Source of the DNA: Marsupella aquatica
Taxonomy: Eukaryota > Plantae > Marchantiophyta
Assembly: GCA_973895155.1 (NCBI GenBank)
Contig: OZ316897.1
Location: 20,277,224-20,341,223 of the forward strand
Length of the DNA stretch: 64,000 nt
Reading direction: 5' to 3'
A program made the translations under genes and the position numbers. The notes beneath the pieces are model-generated. The model had not been told where the DNA came from. It worked only from the letters and a program-made list of their open reading frames with translations, and made no database searches. Shown here piece by piece: positions 48,201 through 61,817 of this stretch. Numbering within the stretch: the first letter of the stretch is position 1; each line of letters starts with the position of its first letter.

Positions 48201-51200
48201 AGCAACGGCTGTCTCCACCCGCTCCTCAAAGAAACAGGTCCCAGCTTCGATGAACATTCCTTTCTCTCGGGCCGACAGCGCATCATAGCTCACTCTCAAT
48301 GAACTCCACACTCTTTCCTTATCAAGGCCACCAACAGATTCAGCTCTACAGAGCTTGCCTAATGTCTCCTTCCAGAACGTAGCATTAGTCTTGTGGTCCC
48401 GAAGATAGCACCCCAGTACTTCGAGCGTCAATGGTAAGCCGGCGCATTTGTCAACCACTTCCTTCACGCTTTCTTCCAAGTGACGATTCACTTTGGTAAG
48501 ATCCTCCGGAATTCCTTCTTGCTGAAATGCATGATGGCAAAAGAGCTTCTTTGCCTCGTTAGACTTGAGCAATTCAACCTCATATATGGCACAATTTGGA
48601 AAAATATTCAAAACGCCCTTATCACGAGTGGTAAAGATCAGTCGACTGCCAATGCCAAACTCAGCCATTCCAGGCAGAATTTTGACTTGAGTTTCCGAGT
48701 CAATATCGTCCATCGCGATCAGAGACTTCTTCTTCTGAAGATCAGACCATTGCAATGAATCGCGGTCCACCCTATTTCCATTCCGAAGAAAGTGGTTGAG
48801 TACCCAGTCGTTCAATTCGTGCTTCACGCCTTTGACATTTTCCACAAAACATGTGTATTCATATTGTGGAGAAATATTGTTGAACAGCTCCTTAGCAATA
48901 GTGGTTTTCCCGATGCCACCCATACCCACAATTCCTAGAACTGGAGTAGTTATTAACTGCTGTTGAACCTTGAAAACACGCTTGTCCAGAGCCGTAGGGT
49001 AATGTGGGAGCCCATACACCATTGCCTGGAATGATCGATACGATACGCCAACTCAGATATGATTATGTCAATTCATGTGGCGCATGCAATAACACTTACC
49101 AGATTTGTATGCAATTGAATGTCTCCTACTTACGTACTACCAGAAGGTCTCTATAAGCCTGGAAGACTTTCCGAAAACGAGGCTTGTGCAATATACAATG
49201 TAGGATTACAATAGACGTAACTTTGACTTTGATTTGAACAAGCGGAACACGATTTGAAGTTTGAGATAATCTGTCCAGACTGTAAAGAATAAGAAGTAGA
49301 CCTAGGTAGTTGACTGCTTTTCTGGAAAAAATACAGATTAAAACTTCTGAGCAAGAACATTCACTTTTAACAATAATGATTACCCTAGTGCTCTTGAGAA
49401 GGGACAAATTTTCATCAGCTAATGGACATCATTGTTTTTTCTAGCGTTGATGGCAGTCGACGCAGACATTAACCTCATTTTAACAGAACGGAGCATGAAT
49501 CAGGGGCTGTGGACAAGATACCCATCATCACTAGTGAAGTCGTTGAATACTAGTAGATGGCAAAACAAATTAACATTAAGAGCACAGCAAGAACGACGAG
49601 TCATAGTGGACAATCACCAGAAGTTCAACCCAAAAATTGTAGACAACAACTGATAAAGATTAAGAGCACGTCTAGCAAAACGATCATAGCAGAAATTCAC
49701 CAGAAGTTCAATGTACTCCACCTTTGAATGACTGGAGATACGACCAAGAAAGTTCTTCAGGGCGTAGAAACTTCTAGATGTTTCATTAATGGGTCTACAA
49801 ACTGAGATATGGTCTGCTCCGTCCACGAGGTTGAAATGAGAACCAAATCTTGACGATGCTTCTTTTACAACGACTAGAGCATGAAATCCACCCTGCACGC
49901 AAGATAACCACAGAAACAATGTTACCATTCATTAAAGTAGAAAACTCTCTAGGAGACTTCTCATTAAGTCCTTGGATCATTCTCACAGAAGTGCTTGCTG
50001 TGTGGACTAACCGCAGCAACAATTCTATGCCTGGCCCGGGGAAATTGATTGATATTCCAACAAACAAGAAAACATCATTTAGAAGCAAACTCAACATCTA
50101 GATGTTGCCATTGTTTTTTTGCAAAACTCAAATTCAATTGTTGGAAGCTGTCACTCACAGCATTCGTGTCACCGAAATGAAAATAATACTGAGCTTGCGT
50201 GCACAATAAAGTTTGCAGAATAATTTCAGGGATCAACTGGCTCCATAGATCAAGGCCGGAAGTTTAAGAAGTATCCACATGCACAAAATTCAAAGCTTGA
50301 GGTCCAAGATGGTGTGCATTATAATCTCATTTCCCATTGTCAGTGGCTCCTAGCCCTGTTGGACTCCACTAAAATTGCAACCTTTTCTCCGAAGACTGCC
50401 CATGTATTAGACTTCCAAGGGGGTTTCAAAACGTACCAGTTCGGTTGGAAGGCTTTCTCCAACTCCTGCGATCTCCCACTTCTTATATTGGCCGCGTTGT
50501 CCGCAGAGTTTGACAAAATTTTGATGAAGTCTTTCTGCAACCTTACTAAGCGTGTTCACGTATGCCTGTAAAGGACCTTTCTCCACAAAATGTTCAGCTA
50601 TGTTGTTTGCGATCCCGTGATGGGGTGTTGAATAAAAAAATATCCCCTTAACATTTTCTAAAAACGATTTGAGCTTGTCATTTCTGTCGGAGTTTCTCCC
50701 CAATAAGCCTATCTCGGATGCTGCGTACACGCAGACTTCCTTAATCACTAAGCCGCCAAAGCTGTGGCCTACCAAAATGACTGGGCAACAAGACTCCTGC
50801 CCTATGTTCGCATCCAGCAGATCTGATATCAAGTTTTCACCCATATTATACATATCAAAGTTTTCACTGTCGCCACTTTTCATCACTCTAGCATTGTAAG
50901 CGACAGTCAAAATGTGTGCATCACAAAACTCTTTCGCCAACCAGGTTTGTGCCCAGATGGAAGACCCATCTCCACATCTCCAGGTCAAAAGGTGTGCCTC
51001 ATCGTAGTTCCCATGTTGAAAGCCATGGAAAAATACGATTTCCATGCTTGGTGTGCTCGGTGGGCTATACAATTCGTATAAGGATGTGTTCAGCTGAAGC
51101 AGTAAGGAACACAACCAAATAACGGGAAGTTAATCTTTTACCAATCTAGGACACAATGACCATTCAGTTGGGCTGAACTTAATGTGAGCCGGTTGTGGGT

Positions 51201-51423
51201 GTAATCATAGTTTCGTATAGCATCTTATCATCGAGATTGTTCTTTGTCGGAAAGTCAAATTCAAGCCATGCGGATACATAGAACTCAACACACTATCTCT
51301 CGCAGGGGCGTCCTCGTGGTCTGGACTGGACAATACCTGACGCGCATTGAATTTCCGTGTCTTCGATTCAGATGCTTCTGGAGACTTAGATGAGCAGCAA
51401 CGAGAAACAAACCAATGCAACAT
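45276..51423 (-). CDS. HNL-type NLR immune receptor, copy 2; predicted exons 51423-51337, 51093-50437, 49892-49722, 49025-48012, 47762-45276 (about 1471 aa)
   Basis: Same motif set as copy 1 (GHSFGG, FFYSTPH, DHISVC, GMGGIGKTT, GLPL, VHE, LRRs) and the same intron positions and phases. Start codon uncertain. Confidence 0.9.
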
Positions 51424-52589
51424 TTTGCCTGCGCGATCTTCCACAGGAACTAAACTGGATATGGCTTTATCGATTAAACCTGCGGTTTTTCCAACAGATC
51501 CAGTTATGGTCGGCAAACCGGTAACAAGTTACCATCTTCTACCAAATTAAACCGTATTCTCGAGACCAAATATGAACGTGCTTGGGACACATTCTTCACA
51601 AGCACCAAGGCTGTGCTTTCATGAGGTATGCATAACAAACAAGTGCCTGCACTTGATCCCAGACGGAGTGTCTCAATGTCCGGATCATCAACCGCGAGGA
51701 AGCCCTACAAGCTCTCTCGAAATGTCCAGTCCTGTATGCCGTAGCACTCACTGACATTGAGGCACCGAAGAAGCATGCTCGGCTGCAAACCGAGACGCAG
51801 CACCGTACTTGTATCATCGTTGCACCAAGATCCATTAGAAGCAGCCCGGATCACGCAAGCCGATGACCAAGCTAAGGACTACTAGTTTTCCCATCGTAGT
51901 TACTGAACATGATACAAAAAGTGCGATACACCACTCAAAGGTACAAAAAGTGCTTTGTACGTAGACTGAACTCCAAGATGGTGGACTATTAGAAAACCCA
52001 AGAAGTTTATAATGGGAAGACTGCAGATCTAATCCCAGCATCGAGAGGAACCCTGCACACTTAGATGAGCAAGTTCGATTTGGCGTACCTGAAGAACGAC
52101 GTCCACAGCATTAGACTTCGAGCAGACAACACGAAGCTCAATCTTAACCGACCCCTAGCAGATTTCTTTCAGATTCACGGCTCGATTCACCGCCGCCCTC
52201 GGTTCTGGAATGGGACCACCAAGATGTCAAGTATGTACAGTGGGATTCAGCCCCCGTCCACTGATTTGAACAGCCGGTTCAGAAGGGGATGACTAAATGT
52301 AACTGAAGAAGCTTCTTCGCGTTCCTCATTCCCTTACAGTCCGCCACACAGGGACAGGAACATCACAGCAAGAGAAAGACTCATCCACGAACATAAATTA
52401 TCGATCAAGTCCTGGAAGCACATCTCGAATGCACAGAAAACATCAAACCATCAAACCATCGTTGCTAGCTTCTGCTCCACTCCTTGTCCCTTCTCCTTTG
52501 CTTCGCTCTGGCAAGAATAAACAGCAGTGTAGGGTAAATCCCTGACTGGCTCTGGAGAGAAAAATATATAAACTTTGTACAGAAACCGA

Positions 52590-52960
52590 ACATAGTACAA
52601 AAGAACAAACAAAGGTCCAAGTGGACAAAACCAAATGTAAAGAAGTGAGCAAAAGGGTACACTAAAAACAAAGAAAGAGGAACTATGTAAAAGAAGTGAG
52701 CAAAAGGGAACACTAAAAACAAAGAAAGAGTAACTATGTAAAAGAAGTGAGCAAAAGGGAACACTAAAAACAAAGAAAGAGTAACTAAAACTAAGAAGTG
52801 AGCAATAGGGAACCCCTAAAAAACAAGAAAGAGTGGACAAAACCAAATGTAAAAGAAGTGAGCAAAAGGGAACACTGAAAACAAAGAAAGAGGAACGAAA
52901 ATTAAGAAGTGAGCAATAGGGAACCCTAAAAAACAAGAAAGAGGAACTAAAACTAACCCA
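52590..52960. repeat. A-rich tandem repeat (about 50-57-bp units) downstream of the non-LTR element ORF
   Basis: About six copies of aagaagtgagcaa(a/t)agggaac(a/c)ctaaaaacaa(a)gaaagag. Confidence 0.85.
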
Positions 52961-53003
52961 AATGGACCGAGGCCTCATCATTCCTAGCAAATGTGGCAGA
53001 AAG

Positions 53004-54155
53004 CTAATGGTTTATATCAAGTGTCAAAACTAAATTGGCAAGTGGGACTGGAACGTCCTCTAGGGGAGCTAGCCGTTGCAGGGGCACACTAGCACCCACT
53101 GTAAGAGATCGACGATAGATGGCCCGAGCTTGAGCACACTGTAAGGTGACTGAAATGCGTTGGCGAAAGTGCATGGTCAAAACAGATAGCGGGGGTCCGG
53201 TGGGACCCATCCGGCCATGAACATCCCAGGCGGCTTGCCGAAGAAGCCCATCAAACTGATGATGAAGATGCCCGAATATCTCAAGAGCAAGGGGGAGGAA
53301 ACTATCAGATGAAGCTCGTCCAACATATTTGGGCTCCTTCGTTGTTGTCGCACGTGATGCTGCTGCCCCTGCCGTTGTTGCCGTTGTCCCAGTGATGTCT
53401 TGGCGCAATGGGTTTGCCACCACTACATCTGCCAAAGTACGTTGACCCTCACGGACCATGGTAAGATCCACCTGTAACCGCTATGATGGAGGACCAGGCA
53501 ACTCGAGAACCACCTCCCGCCGCACATATACCAAGAGCCCAAAGAGAACCTAAGTAGTCGCATCTCTCACAGCGTCGTGAACAATAATGGTTTCACCTCC
53601 CAAACTGCACCGAAGAAGATGGACACCTGTGACATCACAAGGCTTCCCACAAGTGCAAGAAGGAGGTAAACCTGCAAGAAGTGGGTGGGGTAGCCCCATA
53701 CGAAGACGCATGGCTGTCGAGAACTCAGTTGAAGACATCCGCAGATGAGGAATGACTGGATTGGCCTGAAGCCATCCTCCTGCGCCCTTCCCTCCGGCAG
53801 GAAGAATCCGAGCACGATCCGTGTCAGGTGCCTCGAAGAGGACGCTGGAAAGGGTGAAAGCGTGCATACGCCCAGCAAGGTCTGCCTGAAGATGGACGGG
53901 GTCCAAGGATTAAAACTCCTGAAATGAAGGTAACGCAACGCGAACGGGATCTGGTAATGATGACCGCACCGCTAGCAATTGAACCTGAAATGGGAGGGAA
54001 ACCTCCTCTACGTCCATGAGAGATGAAAGAAAAAAAGGTCTATCCTCAGTAAGGAAACGATCTGCCAACAATGAGAAGGCGGCCGCTCACGAGCCCAAAA
54101 AGGCCAAAGGTGCAAGGCTCTCAATGCAAGTAAGCCCAAACCCACCCTGAGAAAT
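53004..54155 (-). mobile_element. 5'-truncated, decayed non-LTR retrotransposon with restriction-like endonuclease (CRE/R2-group-like)
   Basis: GGFGL end of RT at the truncation point, MRLRMGL, CTCG..HLLRC zinc motif, HDAVRD, D..ADVVV..K.PKY..FLPLALEIFG endonuclease motifs. Frameshifted. Confidence 0.8.
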
Positions 54156-56252
54156 AGTGTCACATTTTCAATGTCACATTTTTTCTAAGTGTGACTAGAG
54201 TGTGAATGATCCTCACTTTTGGGTGGGGTGAATGACAAAAGCATTTATTGTTGCTCACTAGATTCAAACCTGGGACTTGTCACATCCCAAAGGAGCTTCT
54301 CTACCACCCAGCCTTGGGGCAGTTGGTGTTCAGACTGATTCGCTCCAGGTATTCAACCAGATATTAACGTTAGAAATATTGGGCAGCGGGCAGTCAACGG
54401 GGCAGTTACGTATAGGGCTAATAAAGACTAATCCATGGGATTAGCCTCGATCTTGAGTTTAGTTCTTAATTAATTTGAAGGGTAACAATAATAAGATTTT
54501 GGACACAGTATAGGCAAAAGCTAATTGTGCCTGCGGTACATACATACAATTGGCTCTTCCTAAGTACACAATCCATAATAATTGCAATGTGTCCGGTTCT
54601 TCCCTTTTTTCCCAACCATTTTTCACTTTCGCAGGTGCAAAGAGGGACAACAAACATGTAAGTGTAAGTTCTATATAAGGACATATGTATTGTGAGTAAG
54701 AGCACAAAATCCTATACTCAACTCTTAAGGATAAGAGCATAACCATTTTATTCAGAGTTGATGTTGCAGTTATGGGATAGTTGTCAGAAGTTTACTAACA
54801 ATAAGGATGTATAGCATGCTATATCCATTTAGGGAAGGCACACGGTCCTGCTTGAATTGTCATAATGATCATGCCCAGAGTGTGTAACACTAAGACCAAG
54901 TGACACTAATTAATATGCACAGAGTAAATACTGTAAAGAGTGTATGTAAATTGTATGTGAATTATGCAAATCAGACAAAAAACCATTTAAATGATCTTAA
55001 ATGCATTAAATGAGGGAAGCCTACATACCCATACAAATAGGCCATTTTCATCCCAGATGTTTTGTGATTACTTGAAATATCAGGATTATTATACATCTAT
55101 CTCAAACATACCACCTAAATGGTTTATTGTATTGTTCATCAATCCAAAAGTGGCCAGAAGTGAGAGGAAAGTTGAAGCTCCCACCACTCTGTAATATGGT
55201 TTGCCCTAGACCATCTAGTTTACAGCCATCTCCATATTGGTCGAGGACTTTACTAAGCCAGCGCCCAGAACTCCCACAAACATGAAGTAGCTTGAATTCA
55301 TGTTGAATCAGCCCTCTAGTATATGATGACTGAGACAATGACATTGCAATTTCAAATCATGGACAACTGATCAATGCCCAATGATCAATTTCAAATGACC
55401 TGATTGCTTGATCCTGAGTTTTCAAAATCATCCCTCAATATTATTCCTTCCAGACCTGGTTGAGCTTCAATTTAATCTCTTCCGCTGCACGGAATGTAGG
55501 TGTTTGGGCGCTTACAACTTGAAGAATGTTTGTCCAATTTAATTAATTTGGACAGTACATCAATCACTCACATGCATTTTATATGGGATCACTCAGTTTC
55601 TTAAAACTGATTGCCTAGTTGATCACATGCAAGTGCTAGAGTAGGTTCAATTGGGACCAAGTCTTCACACCTAAATTGAATTTGGAGTGGCGAGGCTGAA
55701 TATCAAATCTTCAAAAAATCCAGAACTTCAAAGTCTACATTCTCCAAATGAATGTAAATGTTAGGGTTACTTTGCTTTCCATTCCTGCCATCATAGTCAG
55801 GTATTTGGATTCGTGATACTTTACAAGCTTGAAGCTCATTGAGGCTTCAATCACAAGGACAACGTGACTATCACATTGTTTTCTTGAAGCTCAGTGAGGC
55901 TTTACATGAATGAGCAGACTATCACATCATTTTCTTGGACACTTCTTCAGGCAGTTCATTTGTTAGTAGTCCACTCTTGACTGTGGAAAAATAGTTGTGG
56001 TCATTGAACAATAGCCAATCCTACTTGGCAATCTGTGAGCCCTGGTGAAAGTCCAGGTGGATTGAGTTTTCTTGGCCAAATTCAATGTAGACTGCTTGGC
56101 CTCTTTCATTGAGGTAGGGTCACTTTCAATCATGAAGCTTGTTTGGCTATAAAAGGTGAGATATTTGGCCCTTGAATGTGCCCGCTCATTTTGGTCTGGA
56201 AGAAATGAGACTTGTTGTCTGTTCTGGCTCAGGCTCAATGAGTGATCAAGTC

Positions 56253-59200
56253 TCAGATGGCCCCCAAGTTGTCCAGTTCTACAACTAAGTGGACATACAT
56301 AGCATGCGACCATGTGAGAGGGACAACCCATGCTGTCTTGCCAGTTATCCGATCTACTTGCTCTGGAAGTAAGCCTGCCTTAGTTTGGTGGTCAATGGCC
56401 CATTGAAGAGTCTCTTTGGCCAGGTCAAGGCTACCACACTTGGCATCATAGAGTCCCATCCAAAGGGTTGTCAAAATCCAAGGATTACCACCTACATAGT
56501 GGTCATTTTCATATCGTTGAAGGCCTCCCACATTGGGGATGGTGAGCTTCTTCCTAATCTCGTCCGCAGTGAGCTTCATCCGTCTATCGTCCACCTTCAC
56601 CACATCAAATGGAATGCTCAATCCAAGTAGGGAAACATCCACCACACCTGATTCAACACTAGAAGTAAGAGTTAAGCCTTTGAGGGACTGGTCCCTCTCT
56701 GTAAAAAAACTGGAGCCATGGTAGAATGAGCCATACAATGCATTGCCATGAGTTGTCCAAAATAAATCAGAAATTATAATGACAACAGAAGTAGAATTGC
56801 TTAGTAAAAGAGTGTTAATTAAAAAGTTCTTTAGCAAGCAAGGGCTAATGTTTTTAGCAAGGCCTTCCTAGGATATCAATCAGGTGAGCCCCAGGGCACC
56901 AGAGGGCATTCAAGCCTAAGGCCGGATTGCTATCTCATGAAAGCCTGAACTTCACAGCAGTACGTTGAACATCCTGGTCAAGATTTAGGGACAGATGTTT
57001 TGCAAAGAGGGGGGAGGGGATTGTGTTCTCCAAAGCCCAGAATAAATGCAACTTTAAAAATGGAGAGACTGATGAATCAAACACAGGAGTGAAAGTGAGT
57101 AGAAATGAGAAAGGGAAATGATGGTGGGAGCAATAAGGCTCTCATGAGATGAATATCTCTAAGCAAAAATCATCTTCAAGCCCCTTCTCTAGTAAAAGCA
57201 ACTAACATCTCAGAGAAATATGGAGTGAATATTGCCAACTATTAGAAAATGAGTTGCCAAACTTGGCTTACTGTCTTCACTGTGGATAGATTTGACTGTG
57301 AAGCAACAACTTAAGGATTCTAATTAAGATCAAGTCTTCACTATCCACACACATATTGCATTGACCTCCCATATCAGTCTACAATTTAGTGTCAACTTCA
57401 AGTTTGGAAACTGTAGAGACTCATTCCATTCTCCATAGGCAGGCCCTTTCCTTTCTTAGCAGCTCATTTGTCAAGATTCACTCTCTAATTCAAACAATTT
57501 AAGTCATCGTATCTGTACAAGCTAGTTTGACATGAAATTAAGAGATTGTCTCCCTACCTTCAACCCACATGAAGTATTGCTCATAGCCTTTTGGATTTGT
57601 CAGAGTGAATGTTCTTGCAGACTTCTCCTTGGCCTCCATGTATTGACCTTTGTCAACCTGCAGTTTTAGAACACGGAGAAACTGGCCCCTCTCCTCAGAC
57701 CACCCATTTACCATAATCCCATCTTGAATGCCCTCCCCAACCTTTAGCCAGGCCATGGCTTCAAGATTGTGATTGAGTAATTTGGCAAACTCTGCTGCTG
57801 CCTTCAAGCCAGCAACAACTGCCCCAGCTGAGTAGATATGCTGCCCATGGCGCTCCTCCCACAAGTCTTTGGAAGCTAGAGGAAGTCTTGTCTCCGGATC
57901 CACAAACAGAACAAGGAACTCTGCCCCCTTGTGAACTGTTCCCCACACCTTGTAGAAACACCTTTCATGATTTAATAACCTTTACCAGAAATGTGTGCAC
58001 TGATAAAAGTTATGTCATTCTTTAAAGAACATTAATGTATATATCATGTATCAGAAATGCAAAGTTCACAATGCCCACTAGACACAATCATTAATGAGGT
58101 GACAATTTATACCATCCTTCGTCTCGACCTGATCCCCATTTCCAAGTTGAACCCCATCACAGCATTTTCTGGTTCTCTGGCTAATGTAAATCAACTCAAT
58201 TTATTGACTGAATCAAGTATATTATTTATTGCCTAAATTACATACCTCCTAATTTTGTAATCAATAATAACTGGTCTAGTTTTGGGTTCATATGGACCAC
58301 TTTAGAAATTAGAAAATCACTAGAATACTCTTTGAAAATGTAGCTTAGATTGAGATGTTGCAAATTAACATTCAAGTGACCCAAGGAATGACCTATAAGT
58401 TTCAATAATTTCACTAATAACTACAGAGAGTATAATTTGATAATTGACGTTGTACACACAATTTTAATAACCAGCCCACATGAGGAAAGACTGCAACACT
58501 ACCTCAGCTGTTACACCTCAAGTATGTTTGACATCTCATTTAGGCAAGGGGTGGACTCTATGTAAAAGTTAAGCAAGTTTGGGTTCCTGGTGTTGGGTTT
58601 CTGTGCAGTTTAATATCTTGCTTTGGGCATCAAGAAATTGGGGTAGAACAAAGCAGAACAAAAAACTCACACACCTTGTCAGCAAATTTTCTAGCCTCTC
58701 CATGGATGGCTAGGAGCTGCAAATAATGCTGCCACATGCCCCAGATGATGGAGCCTGTCTCATCCACCTGAAGGCCCCACTGTGGGGCAAGATGGCCATC
58801 AGTGAAGTGGCGTTGATGCCAAGAGCCATCAGCACTCTGAACTTTGATTGTCCACTCATAGAACTTGCTCACTAGATCATGATATCCACATAAGTCAATT
58901 GCAGTTGCTATGTATGCGCCATCCCGTCCCCAGCAGTAGGCATAGCCTCCACATTTCTTGAAATCCTCATCGACTTCGGGAGCGGCAATGAGAGCTCCAC
59001 TGGTTTTGTCGGTGAGCAGCTTGAAGGTTAGAACAGAGCGCCTGAACAGTTTTTTGATGCTCTCATTGTGTGTCTTCAGGGGTCTGCTGGGTAGTAGAAA
59101 GTCTTGCCAGTATTTGATTGTAAGTTCCTTGAGTTTGGGTGCTCCAATTGCTTTTGCTGCCTGAATGAAATTAAATGAAATTGAATCAGCATTAAAGTCA

Positions 59201-61817
59201 ATTGAATCCCAAAAGGGATTAACAGACAAACAGGATCGGTAGGGCATGAGAGATTTTGTTTTTAGGCCTGCTCTAATAATTAATACCTGTTCTTGGAGGA
59301 AACAAATTCTCGATGGAAGAAGGGGGTAAGTTAGCATGAGCCCTTGCCAATTGAAAGGTAAGAAACACATCTCTTGAATTGAGCATTATGGGCAATAGTA
59401 GCCCCTCAAAACTCGAGATAGAGCCTTGTTTTTCAAGGCACCATGGCACTCATAAGAAATCTGTGAGGTCTTTAAGTGAATTAATGTACTCTTTCCATAG
59501 CATTCTGGGCAGTAATAGAACCTCAAAACTTTAGTTAAAGCCCTCATCATCTTTCAGGGCATTATGGCACAAATGCACTATAAACAGGATGCAATTCTGT
59601 GTTGTTTTTGGGGCATTATTGGAGAAGAATGTACTATCAAGATTTGGGTAAACTTATTAAGAAGATTCTCCTCTACTTTTAATAAATTTAGCTAAAATAA
59701 ATTCTCTCAGCCCTATTATTGTATTAGGTCCTGTTATCAGAGAATTGTTGGCAATAATAGCCTTGCAAAATTCGTGCTGCAGCTCTCAGTTTTTGGGGCA
59801 TTATATCCCACAGTGCTCTATAAACATGATTTCGCTATATACATTTATAAAATTTGGAGAAAATTAGAATAAATTGATCAGGAAAACTGGGCAAGGCAGG
59901 AAACAGAGTACAGGAACAAACAGAGCTTCCCCAAAAGCAAGGTAAATGCAAAACATTGAGTGGAAGGGTCCCCCACCGATTCATGACGTGCTTGCGTGAA
60001 GTTCAGCCAAAGCTCTCCAAGATTTGAAGATTGTCATCTACTATTAGAACTAATAAAACTAAAAATCTCTTAGGCCAAGTGTATTAAGGTTATGTCACCA
60101 GAGAAGTCTGGGCAACAATAGCCCCACAAAACTCAAACCTGAACTCTCCTTTCTAGGGGCATTATATCCCACAATGCCCTATAAACAGCACTTTACCAAA
60201 TGCATTTATCCAATCTTACTTATAAAGTTAGGGTAAGAAGCTAGAGTTGGGGTCTGGTCTTCTAGAGTGAAGCCTCCAGACACTTACTCTAGGGCGTTCC
60301 AAAATCTTTGTGCATGAAAAACTGAATGTGCATAGAGAGAATGAGGTATAGTATTTGAAGGAAAGCTAGACTTCTAGAGTGGAACCTCTAGACCTTAATT
60401 CTAGGGCCCACCAAAATATATGTTCACGGACAAAAAGTATGCGCGTAGAAAAGGATGAATTTATGTTCATGGAAAAAAAGGATGTGCATGAAAAGGAAAA
60501 TGCGTATTAAAATCATAGACATACATGACAAAATTTTCTCATCACTTCATCCTTTTTTTCATCATTTCATTAACATTCTGGGCTCATTTGGAGAAAATGA
60601 AATGATCCCAAAAAACGTGTGAGGAAGGAAACAGAGTTGGGGTCTGGGCTTCTAGAGTGAAGCCTCTAGACCTTAATTCTAGGGCCCACCAAAATATATG
60701 TTCACTGAAAAAAGGATGTGCACGGAAAAGGATGAATTTATGTTCATCGAAAAAAAAGGATGTGCATGAAAAGGAAGATGCCTATTAAAATCATAGACAT
60801 ACATGATAAATTGTCTCATCACTTCATCCTTTTTTTTCATCATTTCATTAACATTCTAGGCTCATTTGGAGAAAATGAAATGATCCGCAAAAAAGGTGTA
60901 AGGAAGGGAAACAGAGGACAAAGAAAGCAAAGAGAGCTTCCCTCCCCCAAAGTAAGCTAAATCCAAAATCTTAAATAAAACGAAAGTGTCCCCCACCCCC
61001 TGCATGAGGTGCTTGCCTGGAGTTCACCCAAAGCGCTCTCGACGCTGTTTCCTGCACTAATGTATATGGGCAGATTGACCGTGTCCGCCTCCGAGGTATC
61101 GATCGTCCAACTCATGGCTCCGCTCATTCCCACCAAAATCTCCTTTCCATTCAGCACAATCCCACTCGAGCTCTCTCCCTGGTGCCCATCGCGATGCTGC
61201 TTCTCATCCTCCCCCTCGCTCCCCACATTCTTCACCGTCAGCGTCTCCCTTCGTCGACCTGCCTCATAGCCCGTGCACTCTCGACCTCCCCCCACTGCAA
61301 ACGCAAATTCATGCCTCCAGTAGAGCAGCGCGTCGTTCTTCTCCTCGAACGCCACACAATTGTATCTCATGCTTTCTGCGATGGAAAATGAGGCGGAGAC
61401 GTATACCCTGACTGTCAATGCGCTCCCCGTGAGTGACGTGATGTCGAGGCTCCGGACCACTGTATCGGCTTCTGGTAGGCAGAAATCCGCCACTTCCAAC
61501 GCTATCGGTAATGCGTTGCACGTGCTCTTCGTCACGAGGATGTTCGTGTCGGGAATGTAGAACTGGTTGTGTGTCCACTGTCCGCTGTTCAACCATGAGA
61601 TGTCGAATGAAAGGTGCTCGACGTACACGCCCAGCACGAACTCGTTGATGTGGTTCGGGAAGCCGATGTTCGGCCACCAGAGCCGGTGAAGCTCTCCGTC
61701 CTCGCTCAGGGCCCCGAGGAATTTCCCGTTTCCTATTATCGCATCGATCACGTGTGGCTTGCTTTTCGGAACGCTTTGGCTGCTGGCCAACAGACATGAT
61801 GTCCCGCAGGTACTCAT
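56253..61817 (-). CDS. Glycoside hydrolase family 15 (bacterial-type glucoamylase/trehalase-like); exons 61817-61017, 59160-58675, 57948-57558, 56647-56253 (about 690 aa)
   Basis: AIIGNG..GEL..LWWP N-terminus, GALIAAP, GGYAYCWGRDG, QVDETG, DLWEER, GLQRYEND.Y.GGNPW, LLPEQV and PLTWSHA. Exons total 2073 nt in one frame. Intron 1 uses a GC donor (cag|gcaagc). Confidence 0.9.
60243..60915. repeat. Imperfect tandem duplication (about 300-390 bp) within GH15 intron 1
   Basis: agagttggggtctgg..ttctagagtgaagcctc at 60243 and 60633; duplicated aaaatcatagacatacatga...ggctcatttggagaaaatgaaatgatcc block. Confidence 0.85.

Noticed and set aside
52443-52990. 179-aa Phe/Ser-rich membrane-like ORF
   Set aside because: Translation of the tandem repeat, open in multiple frames.
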